Source: Flavobacteriales bacterium
GTDB taxonomy: Bacteria > Bacteroidota > Bacteroidia > Flavobacteriales_D > CAJJDF01
Direction: 5' to 3'
Assembly (NCBI GenBank): GCA_018609055.1
Contig: JABAYJ010000005.1
Location: forward strand, 135,200 to 199,199
DNA: 64,000 nt
In this document: one piece after another, positions 48,025 through 57,409 of the stretch
How positions within the stretch are numbered: the first letter of the stretch is position 1
How the letters are laid out: every line of letters begins with the position of its first letter
Position numbers and translations under genes: made by a program
Notes under the pieces: model-generated
Databases searched by the model: none
Told to the model about the DNA's origin: nothing
Seen by the model: only the letters and a program-made list of their open reading frames with translations

Positions 48025-49008
48025 TTAATGTTTGCTTAACTCATTCTTAAGTCTATCAATCACAGCTATTTCAATAGAATCAACTCCATATTCATCAGCA
48101 AGATAAAGAGAAATCCAATCTGTTAGTAAAATAAGGTAAAAAGTCTTTTCGATAAGGCTTTCTCCTCTAGAAAATGCTTCTACAACAGTTTTAGTTTTTC
48201 CAGAAATTACCTCCTTTGAAATATCCATTCTTACTTGATTTCTTTTGTTGTCAGAATGATTTCTTAAAAATATTGCGGAAAAAGAATCGTTACCTCCTGT
48301 CCAACCTAATAATTCATTGTGGTTCATTTCAGGAATTACATTGCTAAAACCAAGAGTTTTAGAGTTTTCATTAAGTTGTTGCTTAAACCTTGTTCCAACC
48401 CCTTCAAAGCTTGAGTCTGTATATGCAAGAATAGTAGTGTCTTTTACAACATCAGTAATTCTTCTTGCATCTGTTTTTATAGATTCTATTTCAAAATCTA
48501 ATAAAGCAATACTAGCCTGAAGTTCATTTTTAAACTCATTATTTATTAGTCCATAGTGATTACAAACAAATAGTAATTGCGTTAATGAAAAAGTTAGCAT
48601 TGCTCTTGGTGGATTTCCTCCAGGAACAATGATGTGATTTAAGTTATTTTCAGAAGCGATTTCTCCAACCTTACCTCCAGATGTTATACATGCAATTTCA
48701 GAACCTCTCTTTAAGGCTTCTTCCAGAGCAGAAACAGTTTCTTCAGTATTTCCTGAATAAGAAGATGCTATAACAAGTGTGTTTTCGTTTACAAAATTTG
48801 GTAGCGAGTATGAGTTATGAGTTAAAATTGGAATGGTACTGTGACCTTCAGCAATTTGAGAAACTATTTTCCCTCCAATTCCTGAACCTCCCAGTCCGCA
48901 TATGATTACGTTTGTAATGTTTTTGTTTGATTTTTTTAAATCCGAACTCAATCCAATTTCGTATGCTTCTTGTAATTGAGTTGTGAATTTTGAAATAAAT
49001 TGTAACAT
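48025..49008 (-). CDS. Bifunctional phosphoglucose/phosphomannose isomerase (SIS domain family)
   Basis: 327 aa. ICGLGGSGIGG and SYSGNTEET SIS motifs. Archaeal/bacterial PGI-PMI length. Confidence 0.8.
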   Translation of the reverse strand: MLQFISKFTTQLQEAYEIGLSSDLKKSNKNITNVIICGLGGSGIGGKIVSQIAEGHSTIPILTHNSYSLPNFVNENTLVIASSYSGNTEETVSALEEALKRGSEIACITSGGKVGEIASENNLNHIIVPGGNPPRAMLTFSLTQLLFVCNHYGLINNEFKNELQASIALLDFEIESIKTDARRITDVVKDTTILAYTDSSFEGVGTRFKQQLNENSKTLGFSNVIPEMNHNELLGWTGGNDSFSAIFLRNHSDNKRNQVRMDISKEVISGKTKTVVEAFSRGESLIEKTFYLILLTDWISLYLADEYGVDSIEIAVIDRLKNELSKH

Positions 49009-49167
49009 AGTTGTTGTATTTTAATTTTTGATTTTGTCTGTAAGATAATTTAGCTTTACACGACAATTAATAATATATTGTTTTGCAATATTATTAGTAA
49101 GCAGTAAAAATATAAAAAAAAATCGTTCAAATGACGATAAATTAAGTTAAACAAACACAATCGTGTG

Positions 49168-49500
49168 ATGAAAACATACTACAACCCAGATGATTTAAAA
49201 AAATTCGGAAAAATTGGTGAATTCCAAAAGCCTCTTGCTGATAAATTCTTTTCATACTATGGAGATGTTTTTAAAGAAGGAGCATTAACCGAAAGAGAAA
49301 AGTCTTTAATAGCATTGGCAGTATCACATGCTGTTCAATGTCCTTATTGTATTGATGCATACACTGTTGATACTTTGGAGAAAGGATGTGATGAAGAAGA
49401 AATGATGGAAGCAGTTCACGTAGCAGCTGCAATAAGAAGTGGGGCTACTTTGGTGCATGGAGTTCAAATGATGAATAAGACCAAGGATGTTTCAATGTAA
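49168..49500 (+). CDS. Arsenosugar biosynthesis-associated peroxidase-like protein (AhpD/carboxymuconolactone decarboxylase fold)
   Basis: The track ORF starts at GTG 49165; the ATG at 49168 is preferred. REKSLIALAVSHAVQCPYCIDAYT CxxC motif. Directly upstream of arsS. Confidence 0.8.
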   Translation: MKTYYNPDDLKKFGKIGEFQKPLADKFFSYYGDVFKEGALTEREKSLIALAVSHAVQCPYCIDAYTVDTLEKGCDEEEMMEAVHVAAAIRSGATLVHGVQMMNKTKDVSM

Positions 49501-49508
49501 TAATAGAT

Positions 49509-50573
49509 ATGAGCACAGCAACAAAAAGTTTAAAAAAGCAGAATAGCGAATTTTCTAATATAGATTATCAATTAAAGGTTTTACACCATGGAGTAAAAGA
49601 TCAAAATCTAGATAGTTTTTCTACAAAACTAAAAGAGACTAATTTATTTCCACTCACCACTACTGGTTTGGATATTTTTCAAATTAATATGGGAAAAATG
49701 TGCAACCAAGTATGTTCACATTGCCATGTTGATGCTGGGCCCGATAGAAAAGAAATAATGAGCAAAGAGACTCTTCAGGAGTGCCTTGATGCCATTGCTA
49801 AATCAGAAATTAAAACTGTTGACTTAACAGGTGGAGCCCCAGAAATGAATCCTCACTTTAGATGGTTTGTTGAACAAGCTTACAAACTAGATTGTAAAGT
49901 AATAGTAAGATGTAACCTAACTATTATTGTAGCAAATAAGAAGTACTTTGATTTACCTGAATTTTACAAAGAGAACGAAGTAGAGATAGTAAGTTCTTTA
50001 CCTCACTACAGTGAAAAAAAGACTGATAGCCAAAGAGGAGATGGTGTTTTTGATAGAAGTATTAGAGCTCTTATGATGCTAAATGAAGTTGGCTATGGAA
50101 TGGAAGGTTCGGGGTTAACTCTGAACTTAGTTTACAATCCTTCAGGGGCATTTTTACCGCCAAACCAAGATGGCTTAGAAAAGCAGTTTAAAAGAAAATT
50201 GAAGAAAGATTTTGATATCGAATTCAACTCACTGTTTGCGATTACCAATATTCCAATTAGTAGATATTTAGATTACTTAGTAGCTAGTGAAAATTTCATG
50301 GGTTACATGCAAAAACTAGCAAACTCTTATAATCCAGTAGCTGCAGAAGGAGTAATGTGTAGAAACACTATTTCTGTGGGTTGGGATGGATATTTATATG
50401 ATTGTGATTTTAACCAAATGCTTGAACTAAAAGTAGCTGTTGCTGATAAAAAGCGTCAGCACGTTAAGGACTTTGATTCACAAACTCTTATTGATAGAAA
50501 AATAATTGTGAATGAGCATTGTTTTGGTTGCACTGCAGGAGCAGGATCTAGTTGTGGAGGAGAAATAGCTTAA
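49509..50573 (+). CDS. arsS: Arsenosugar biosynthesis radical SAM protein ArsS (radical SAM/Cys-rich family)
   Basis: 354 aa. FQINMGKMCNQVCSHCHVDAGPDRKE radical-SAM cluster motif and the family-typical Cys-rich C-terminus HCFGCTAGAGSSCGG. Confidence 0.85.
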   Translation: MSTATKSLKKQNSEFSNIDYQLKVLHHGVKDQNLDSFSTKLKETNLFPLTTTGLDIFQINMGKMCNQVCSHCHVDAGPDRKEIMSKETLQECLDAIAKSEIKTVDLTGGAPEMNPHFRWFVEQAYKLDCKVIVRCNLTIIVANKKYFDLPEFYKENEVEIVSSLPHYSEKKTDSQRGDGVFDRSIRALMMLNEVGYGMEGSGLTLNLVYNPSGAFLPPNQDGLEKQFKRKLKKDFDIEFNSLFAITNIPISRYLDYLVASENFMGYMQKLANSYNPVAAEGVMCRNTISVGWDGYLYDCDFNQMLELKVAVADKKRQHVKDFDSQTLIDRKIIVNEHCFGCTAGAGSSCGGEIA

Positions 50574-51166
50574 TATTTTGTGCTACAGTTACAAGGCTCA
50601 GTCATTAACACTTTGCAATTTGGAACAAGCATTTCAATTCTATTCTGCTCATCTTTAGAAATCTCAATCATTCTTAAATCCAATTTTTTTAGATTTAATA
50701 ATTTGCTGATTTTAATAGACACATCTTCAACACTATTTCTGAATAAATCAAGCTCTTCAAGTGAGTCAAGACCAGCTATGTAACTTGGTATTGAAGTGAT
50801 TTCATTGTCAGCAAAACTTATTTTTTTCAATCTTTTCATTGAACAAATTGCTTCAGGAAATTCCTTAAACCTATTTGACTTAATTACTAATGTATTCAAA
50901 TTAACTAACGAATAAAACTCATTGGGTAATGAGTCTATTTTGTTTTTACTTAAATCTAAATATTCTAAGTTTTTAAAGTTTAAAATTTCTTTAGGGAACA
51001 CTTTAAATTTTTTCCTTATTAACTTTAAGTGAGTTACCTCATCAGGAGTTTTCATTGCCTCTTCCATACTTTTATAAATGACAGGACTATCATTTATAAT
51101 CACAAATGAACATGCCGTTACACCAGAAAGTATTATTAATAAAGTTATGTAAAGGTGTTTTCTCAT
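50570..51166 (-). CDS. Leucine-rich-repeat lipoprotein
   Basis: 198 aa. Lipobox GVTACS. About six LRR units (LxxLxLxxNxIxxLP). The stop overlaps the arsS stop by 4 nt (convergent). Confidence 0.75.
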   Translation of the reverse strand: MRKHLYITLLIILSGVTACSFVIINDSPVIYKSMEEAMKTPDEVTHLKLIRKKFKVFPKEILNFKNLEYLDLSKNKIDSLPNEFYSLVNLNTLVIKSNRFKEFPEAICSMKRLKKISFADNEITSIPSYIAGLDSLEELDLFRNSVEDVSIKISKLLNLKKLDLRMIEISKDEQNRIEMLVPNCKVLMTEPCNCSTKY

Positions 51167-51282
51167 AGTTAATTAACGGTTCTTACTAAAGTATATTTGC
51201 TATAAAAGTAATCAAGTATTATTCCAAACTTCACATTAAACATACGATTTTTATAAATCTAAAATAGATGTAACTTTAACTT

Positions 51283-51540
51283 ATGGCAAAATTAAAGCTC
51301 GATTTACACGATATTTATAACAAAGGTGACTTAATTGATAAGGAGCTTAATAGGATAATTGATAAAGCAATAGAAAAGAAAATTAAGGAAGTAGAAATAA
51401 TTCTTGGAAAAGGATCAGGCCAATTAAAGAAAAAAGTGATTCGGTTTTTGGAACAAAAGCATATCAAAAATAAATACCACAGGATAGATAAAGACAGTAA
51501 AAACCACGGAAGGCTATTTGTTTATTTTAAATTCAAGTAA
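51283..51540 (+). CDS. Smr-domain protein
   Basis: 85 aa. LDLHD...EIILGKGSGQLKKKVIRFLE matches the Smr/MutS2 C-terminal domain pattern. Confidence 0.7.
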   Translation: MAKLKLDLHDIYNKGDLIDKELNRIIDKAIEKKIKEVEIILGKGSGQLKKKVIRFLEQKHIKNKYHRIDKDSKNHGRLFVYFKFK

Positions 51541-51610
51541 AGACTAGAGCAAGAAATCTTCAAATCGTAATAATTTGTTTATTTTTGAAAACAATATTAA
51601 GTCAACATAA

Positions 51611-52402
51611 ATGAAAAAGTTAATCTTATTACTAGCAACAATCTTAATTTCTCAATGGGTTGTGTCTCAGAGTCAATTTCGTTTTGGGCTAAAAATCGCT
51701 CCTTCTTTTAACTGGATGAAACCAGATGACGTGAAAAAATTTGAAAATGGTGGAACTACTTTAGGTTTTAACTGGGGACTAACTGGAGAATATGCATTAA
51801 GCGAAAATTTTAGTTTTTATTCTGGTCTTGAGTTAAATCATGAAAAAGGAAAGATAAATTTCTTGGAAACTAATAAGGCATATTATTATATGAATGATAG
51901 ATATGATTTTATAGAAACAAAAGAAGAGAATGGAGTAAGAGTGCCAGAAGATACTACTGGATACCTTCTTCAATTAAAATCAAGAAGTTATAAGAGTACT
52001 TACGTAACTATTCCTGTAGGGATTAAGATGAAAACTAAAGAGATAGGTTATATGACTTATTTTGGTGAGTTTGGATTAAACTTAGCTTTTAGAACAGGAA
52101 CTAAGGTGACAGACGAAGTAGATTATTTAAATAACAATGATGCAAAAGCGAACTTAAATGATATTACTGATGTAAATATGGATAAGGATATGCAGCCAAT
52201 CAGAGTTCGACTAAGAGTTGGTTTAGGAACAGAATACGCAGTATCTGATGGAACTTCTTTATTTGGAGCAATCCATTACAATTTAGGATTTACTAATGTT
52301 GTAAAAGGAGACTCAAGGTATTTAATAAATGATCAATCAAAACAATTTTCTCAAAAAATAAGTGCTCACGGGGTTCAAGTTACAGTGGGAGTTTTATTTT
52401 AG
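51611..52402 (+). CDS. Outer-membrane beta-barrel (porin-family/PorT-like) protein
   Basis: 263 aa. Signal peptide, alternating amphipathic beta-strand pattern, C-terminal aromatic ...VTVGVLF. Confidence 0.7.
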   Translation: MKKLILLLATILISQWVVSQSQFRFGLKIAPSFNWMKPDDVKKFENGGTTLGFNWGLTGEYALSENFSFYSGLELNHEKGKINFLETNKAYYYMNDRYDFIETKEENGVRVPEDTTGYLLQLKSRSYKSTYVTIPVGIKMKTKEIGYMTYFGEFGLNLAFRTGTKVTDEVDYLNNNDAKANLNDITDVNMDKDMQPIRVRLRVGLGTEYAVSDGTSLFGAIHYNLGFTNVVKGDSRYLINDQSKQFSQKISAHGVQVTVGVLF

Positions 52403-52423
52403 AAACTAGTTTATAATAATTAA

Positions 52424-52458
52424 AAGAAACACCTATTTTTACATAGGTGTTTCTTTTA
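52424..52458 (+). terminator. Intrinsic terminator after the beta-barrel gene
   Basis: GAAACACCTAT (52426..52436) pairs with ATAGGTGTTTC (52443..52453), followed by TTTT. Confidence 0.8.
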
Positions 52459-52478
52459 TATCCAAAAATTTTAGAACA

Positions 52479-53252
52479 ATGCAAACAGATAAAGTAATAA
52501 ACCACATAGTAAAATGGCTAGATGATTATGCTACCAAAGCCGGGATTGAAGGATTCGTTTTGGGAATATCCGGAGGAATAGATTCAGCTGTAACATCAAC
52601 TTTATGTGCTATGACTGGAAAAAAACTAATTTGTTTTAATCTTCCAATTCATCAAGCTCCTAATCAATTTAAGAGGAGTAACAAGCACATAGCTTGGCTC
52701 AAAGAAAACTTCACTGGAGTAAGCTCTGATGTAGTTGATTTGACTAAAACCTTTGATCAAACCTGCATTGATTTTCCTAAAGAAATTCAAGATCAGCTAA
52801 CTATGGCAAATGTAAGAGCTCGATTAAGGATGACAACTTTGTATGCTTTTGCTGGGCATAATGGTTATTTGGTTGCAGGTACAGGAAATAAAGTGGAAGA
52901 TTTTGGGGTAGGATTTTTTACCAAATACGGAGATGGAGGAGTAGACTTAAGTCCTATAGCTGATTTAATGAAGACGCAGGTTTTTGATATAGCAGCAGAA
53001 TTAAATGTTATTGAAGAAATACAAGAAGCAAAGCCAACAGATGGTTTGTGGGGAGATGATAGAACAGATGAGGACCAAATAGGAGCTAGTTATCCAGAAT
53101 TGGAATGGGCAATGGTTTTTGATGGAGATGAGAGTAAATTAACTGAGAGACAAACCACCATTTTGAATATTTATCGCAAATTAAATAGAGCCAATCAACA
53201 CAAGATGGTTCCTATCCCAGTATGCGAAATTCCGGTTGACTACCTTAATTAA
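52479..53252 (+). CDS. nadE: Ammonia-dependent NAD+ synthetase
   Basis: 257 aa. GISGGIDSAV PP-loop and NadE pattern. Confidence 0.92.
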   Translation: MQTDKVINHIVKWLDDYATKAGIEGFVLGISGGIDSAVTSTLCAMTGKKLICFNLPIHQAPNQFKRSNKHIAWLKENFTGVSSDVVDLTKTFDQTCIDFPKEIQDQLTMANVRARLRMTTLYAFAGHNGYLVAGTGNKVEDFGVGFFTKYGDGGVDLSPIADLMKTQVFDIAAELNVIEEIQEAKPTDGLWGDDRTDEDQIGASYPELEWAMVFDGDESKLTERQTTILNIYRKLNRANQHKMVPIPVCEIPVDYLN

Positions 53253-53320
53253 TGTTAAATTGATACCATTTGTTTTTCTAAACAGATACAAAATCCTATC
53301 TTTGATTTGCATTTAGAATC

Positions 53321-54046
53321 ATGTCAGACAGTTTAGTAATCATACCAACATATAACGAAAAGGAGAACATTGAAAAAATGATCCGAACAGTTCATGGACT
53401 TACTAAAGATTTTCATGTGTTAATTGTGGATGACGGTTCGCCAGATGGAACTGCCCAAATCGTAAAAAATCTTCAAAAAGAATTTCCAGAATCTCTTCAT
53501 ATAGAAGAGCGTGAAGGAAAATTAGGTTTAGGAACTGCTTATATTCATGGATTTAAATGGGGATTAGAAAAAGGGTACGATTTCATTTTTGAAATGGATG
53601 CTGATTTTTCTCACCCTGTAGATAAGTTACCAGAATTGTATAAAGCTTGTGCCAAAGATGGATACGATTTTTCTATAGGTTCACGTTATGTCAAGGGAGG
53701 TGCAGTAAGCAATTGGGATAAAAAGAGATTATTTCTTTCGCAAATGGCCTCATTATACTCACGTATTATATTGTGGGTGAAAGTAAAAGATACCACTGCC
53801 GGATTCATATGTTACTCTAGAAAAGTGCTAGAAACAATGGATTTAGATAAAATAAAATTTATTGGATATGCATTTCAAATAGAAATGAAATATACAGCAA
53901 TTAGGTTAGGCTTTAAACCCAAAGAAGTTCCTATTACATTTAAAGACAGAGAGTTTGGAACCTCTAAAATGGATGTTTCCATTATCAAAGAAGCAATTAT
54001 TGGTGTTGTTAAACTTAAGTTTAAAAAGATTTCTAAGAAGAAATAA
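53321..54046 (+). CDS. GT2-family polyprenol-phosphate mannosyltransferase (Dpm1-like)
   Basis: 241 aa. IIPTYNEKENI, VDDGSPDGT, FEMDADFSHP motifs. Confidence 0.88.
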   Translation: MSDSLVIIPTYNEKENIEKMIRTVHGLTKDFHVLIVDDGSPDGTAQIVKNLQKEFPESLHIEEREGKLGLGTAYIHGFKWGLEKGYDFIFEMDADFSHPVDKLPELYKACAKDGYDFSIGSRYVKGGAVSNWDKKRLFLSQMASLYSRIILWVKVKDTTAGFICYSRKVLETMDLDKIKFIGYAFQIEMKYTAIRLGFKPKEVPITFKDREFGTSKMDVSIIKEAIIGVVKLKFKKISKKK

Positions 54047-54047
54047 A
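54023..54047. repeat. 25-bp perfect direct repeat, copy 1 (3' end of the GT2 gene)
   Basis: AAAAAGATTTCTAAGAAGAAATAAA, identical to 54276..54300. Encodes KKISKKK-stop in frame in both copies. Confidence 0.9.
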
Positions 54048-54089
54048 TCCCTCATTTTAATCTATTAAAGTAGTCTTAAACTTTACTAA

Positions 54090-54299
54090 ATGAAAATTAA
54101 CTCCAAGTTATTTCTGTTTGTTTTAAGCATCATTTCTTTTTCAAAATTTTCATTTGGTCAAGCTGCAATGGTTAAAGTGACTATTGAGCATAATACTGAA
54201 GAGTTAAGTGCTTTAGAATATTTCGTATTCTTTTTAATAGCATTAGCTATTTTATTCTTGATTTATCTAGGATTAAAAAAGATTTCTAAGAAGAAATAA
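54090..54299 (+). CDS. Hypothetical 69-aa protein with a signal peptide and C-terminal TM anchor; tail duplicated from the upstream gene
   Basis: MKINSKLFLFVLSIISFSKFSFGQA signal-like N-terminus, hydrophobic FVFFLIALAILFLIYLGL, then KKISKKK identical to the GT2 C-terminus. Confidence 0.45.
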   Translation: MKINSKLFLFVLSIISFSKFSFGQAAMVKVTIEHNTEELSALEYFVFFLIALAILFLIYLGLKKISKKK

Positions 54300-54300
54300 A
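54276..54300. repeat. 25-bp perfect direct repeat, copy 2
   Basis: Identical to 54023..54047. Confidence 0.9.
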
Positions 54301-54363
54301 ACAACACGCATTCCTTTCAATTCATCTTATCTATCGTTATTTTTACTCATCAAAAAATAATAG

Positions 54364-55698
54364 ATGTCGGCAATACTTATAAAAAACGGTAAACTAGTTA
54401 ACGAAGGAAAAATTCAAGAACAGGATATTCTTATCGTTAATGATAAAATTGAAAAAATAGGAGTTAATTTATCTCATGAATCTGCTGAGGTTATTGATGC
54501 TAAAGGAAATTACGTGTTCCCTGGAGCAATTGATGATCAAGTGCATTTTAGAGAGCCAGGATTAACGCATAAGGCTAATCTATTTACAGAGTCTAGAGCT
54601 GCTGTAGCTGGTGGAATTACGTCCTTTATGGAAATGCCAAATACAGTTCCTAATACGCTTACGCAAGAACTACTAGAGGATAAATACCAAATTGCAGCTA
54701 AAAGCTCATTGGCGAATTACTCCTTTTTTATGGGAGCTTCTAATGATAACATTGAGGAGGTTTTAAAAACTAATCCTAAAACGGTTTGTGGAGTAAAGGT
54801 TTTTATGGGGTCATCTACAGGGAATATGCTGGTAGATAATGAAACTACTTTAACTAATATATTTTCTCAATGTAAAATGCTAATTGCTACTCATTGTGAG
54901 GATGAAGCTACTGTAAGAAAAAATTTAGCTGAGTATAAAGAGAAATACGGAGACGACATTCCAATGGAGTTTCATCCAATAATAAGAAGTGAAGAAGCGT
55001 GTTATTTATCTTCTTCAATGGCAGTGGAATTAGCTAAGAAATACAATACACGATTACACATTTTGCATATTTCTACTGCAAAAGAATTGAGCCTTTTTAG
55101 AAATGATATTCCTTTGAAAGATAAGAGAATAACTGCTGAAGCATGTATTCACCATTTGTGGTTTGAAGAGAGTGATTACAAAACAAAAGGAGCCAGAATA
55201 AAATGGAATCCTGCTGTTAAGAAAGCATCTGACAGAGATGCAATTTTAGAAGCTTTGAATAATAATACAATTGATGTACTTGCAACTGATCACGCGCCAC
55301 ATACTATCGAAGAAAAAGACGGAGTTTATACCAAAGCAGCATCTGGTGGTCCACTAGTGCAGCATGCAATGAATGCTCTTTTTGAAATGAACAAACAAGG
55401 GAAAATTGAATTGATTCACATTGCTCAAAAATTCAGTCATGATGTGGCTACTTTATTCCAAATAGAAAAAAGAGGATACCTTAGAGAAGGGTATTATGCC
55501 GATTTATTTATTGCTGATTTGAATAAAAAATACACAGTAACAAAAGACAATTTACTTTATAAATGTGGTTGGTCACCATTTGAAGGTCAAGAGTTTAATT
55601 CGCAAATTGAAACTACAATTGTAAGTGGAAATGTAGTTTGGAATAACGGAAAAGTAATTGAAGGTACTAATGGACAAAGACTTTCGTTTGAACGATAG
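54364..55698 (+). CDS. pyrC: Dihydroorotase (amidohydrolase superfamily)
   Basis: 444 aa. PGAIDDQVHFREPG metal motif and ATDHAPH. Confidence 0.85.
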   Translation: MSAILIKNGKLVNEGKIQEQDILIVNDKIEKIGVNLSHESAEVIDAKGNYVFPGAIDDQVHFREPGLTHKANLFTESRAAVAGGITSFMEMPNTVPNTLTQELLEDKYQIAAKSSLANYSFFMGASNDNIEEVLKTNPKTVCGVKVFMGSSTGNMLVDNETTLTNIFSQCKMLIATHCEDEATVRKNLAEYKEKYGDDIPMEFHPIIRSEEACYLSSSMAVELAKKYNTRLHILHISTAKELSLFRNDIPLKDKRITAEACIHHLWFEESDYKTKGARIKWNPAVKKASDRDAILEALNNNTIDVLATDHAPHTIEEKDGVYTKAASGGPLVQHAMNALFEMNKQGKIELIHIAQKFSHDVATLFQIEKRGYLREGYYADLFIADLNKKYTVTKDNLLYKCGWSPFEGQEFNSQIETTIVSGNVVWNNGKVIEGTNGQRLSFER

Positions 55699-56313
55699 AT
55701 GAAAAAATCAATTTTATATATTGCAGTGGTAATCACAACTGTTTTTGGATGTAAATCCGAGAATAGCATGGATAATAAACCTTCTAAATTTATTGAGCCT
55801 GGAAAATTCATTCAGATAGTTTATGACATTAATGTGCTTGAAGGAGGATTGGAGAACTTTAACATGAATCAATTTGAGTTTAAGGATACTGCCATGCAGC
55901 TTTACAAAGGTCTTTTTGAAAAATATGATCTAACTTACGAGACATTTAAAAACAATCAAGATTATTATATTTTAACTGATCAATACAAAGATATAACACA
56001 AAGAGCTGCAGATAGTGCGAGTTATGAATTGGAGAAGCTAAAGGATATAACTCCTATTAAAATGATGTCTTTTATTCAGTTTTCACAGTTACTAGAGGTA
56101 GATGATTTCAAGAATTTTATGGAGTACAATACAATACTCAACTATCAAGAAAAATTAGACTCTTTATTGAGTTTCTATAGAAATAACACTTCTGAATTGG
56201 ATAAAATAACAATGGATTCGATTTCTTTTGAGGTAAATATTGGCAAAATGAGAAAGTCATCAAACCCTTTTATAAAGGTGAAAGAGGTGTTTAAAAGCAA
56301 GAAAAATGAATAA
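55699..56313 (+). CDS. DUF4296-like lipoprotein
   Basis: 204 aa. Lipobox VFGCKS. Starts immediately after the dihydroorotase stop. Confidence 0.55.
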   Translation: MKKSILYIAVVITTVFGCKSENSMDNKPSKFIEPGKFIQIVYDINVLEGGLENFNMNQFEFKDTAMQLYKGLFEKYDLTYETFKNNQDYYILTDQYKDITQRAADSASYELEKLKDITPIKMMSFIQFSQLLEVDDFKNFMEYNTILNYQEKLDSLLSFYRNNTSELDKITMDSISFEVNIGKMRKSSNPFIKVKEVFKSKKNE

Positions 56314-56656
56314 AGTATCTGTAATAGGAATTAAGGCTTTTGCCTATCATGGTTGTTTAGCTGAGGAAGCTAAAATTGGTAACGAATACATCATTGATGT
56401 AGAGTTAATAACTGATTTTAAGGTGTCGGCAATGGAAGATGATTTAACCAAAACGATAGATTACGTTATTGTAAACAAAATAGTAGAGGAGGAGATGGCT
56501 ATTCGTTCTAAGCTTATAGAAACTGCTGGCTACCGTATTTTAGCTCGATTAAAAAAAGAATCTTTTGTGCTTATTAAAGCCAAAATCGAAATCAAAAAAA
56601 TAAATCCACCTATTAACGGAAATGTGAATTACGTATCTATAACTGTAGAAGAGTAA
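56306..56656 (+). CDS. folB: Dihydroneopterin aldolase
   Basis: 116 aa. GIKAFAYHGCLAEEAKIGNEYIIDVEL...DDLTKTIDY pattern of FolB. Overlaps the upstream gene by 8 nt. Confidence 0.85.
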   Translation: MNKVSVIGIKAFAYHGCLAEEAKIGNEYIIDVELITDFKVSAMEDDLTKTIDYVIVNKIVEEEMAIRSKLIETAGYRILARLKKESFVLIKAKIEIKKINPPINGNVNYVSITVEE

Positions 56657-56659
56657 TTA

Positions 56660-57340
56660 CTAGTCTACTTTAAAAGAAACATATTTTATCTTAAATCCTT
56701 TGTTGGCGAATAGTGTTTCGTAATGAGTTTTTATACTCAGTATTTCTTGTGTTTCTTCGTCAAATGTATCCCAGTCCTTTTCGTAAATATTATTAGAGTT
56801 CTGTAATACTTCGTAACCGTGTTCTTCAATCTCTTCGAGAGTAGATTCATACAAAAGCGTGTTATCTGTTTTTAGATGAACAATACCATCTGGTTTTAGA
56901 ATCTTCTTATATCGTTTAATAAACTCACGTGAGGTAAGTCTTTTGTTTGGTTTTTTTGGCTGTGGATCCGAGAAAGTACACCAAATTTCGTCTACTTCAT
57001 TTTCTCCAAAAAAGTGTTCTACAAAATCAACTACATTCCTCAAGAAAGCAACATTTGTCAAGTTCTCTTCATTGGCATGTTTAGCTCCTCTCCATATTCT
57101 AGCACCTTTAATGTCTATCCCCACAAAGTTTTGGTTTGGATATTTTCTCCCTAAACCAACAGAATATTCTCCTTTTCCACAACCTAATTCCAGTACTATT
57201 GGGTTGTCATTTTTAAAAACTTCGGTTCTCCATTTTCCTTTCAATGGATAGTTTCCTTCCATAAACTCTGTCATGCGAGGTTCAAAAACTCTTTCCATAG
57301 TTTTCATCTCGTCAAATTTCATCAGTTTATTTTTTGCCAT
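56660..57340 (-). CDS. trmB: tRNA (guanine46-N7)-methyltransferase
   Basis: 226 aa. LELGCGKGEY SAM motif, FSDPQPKK and TDN motifs. Confidence 0.92.
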   Translation of the reverse strand: MAKNKLMKFDEMKTMERVFEPRMTEFMEGNYPLKGKWRTEVFKNDNPIVLELGCGKGEYSVGLGRKYPNQNFVGIDIKGARIWRGAKHANEENLTNVAFLRNVVDFVEHFFGENEVDEIWCTFSDPQPKKPNKRLTSREFIKRYKKILKPDGIVHLKTDNTLLYESTLEEIEEHGYEVLQNSNNIYEKDWDTFDEETQEILSIKTHYETLFANKGFKIKYVSFKVD

Positions 57341-57409
57341 CTGGTAGTAGTTTTCGGGGCAAAGATATTAAAAATGGATAAATATTAAGTTGTTACCAAC
57401 CATATGTGT

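Noticed and set aside
49060-49164. Imperfect AT-only palindrome (TAATAATAT..ATATTATTA) and short stems upstream of the arsS pair as an ArsR-type operator
   Set aside because: The arms are short, pure A/T and need an indel to align. This is expected by chance in AT-rich intergenic DNA, and there is no regulator gene nearby.
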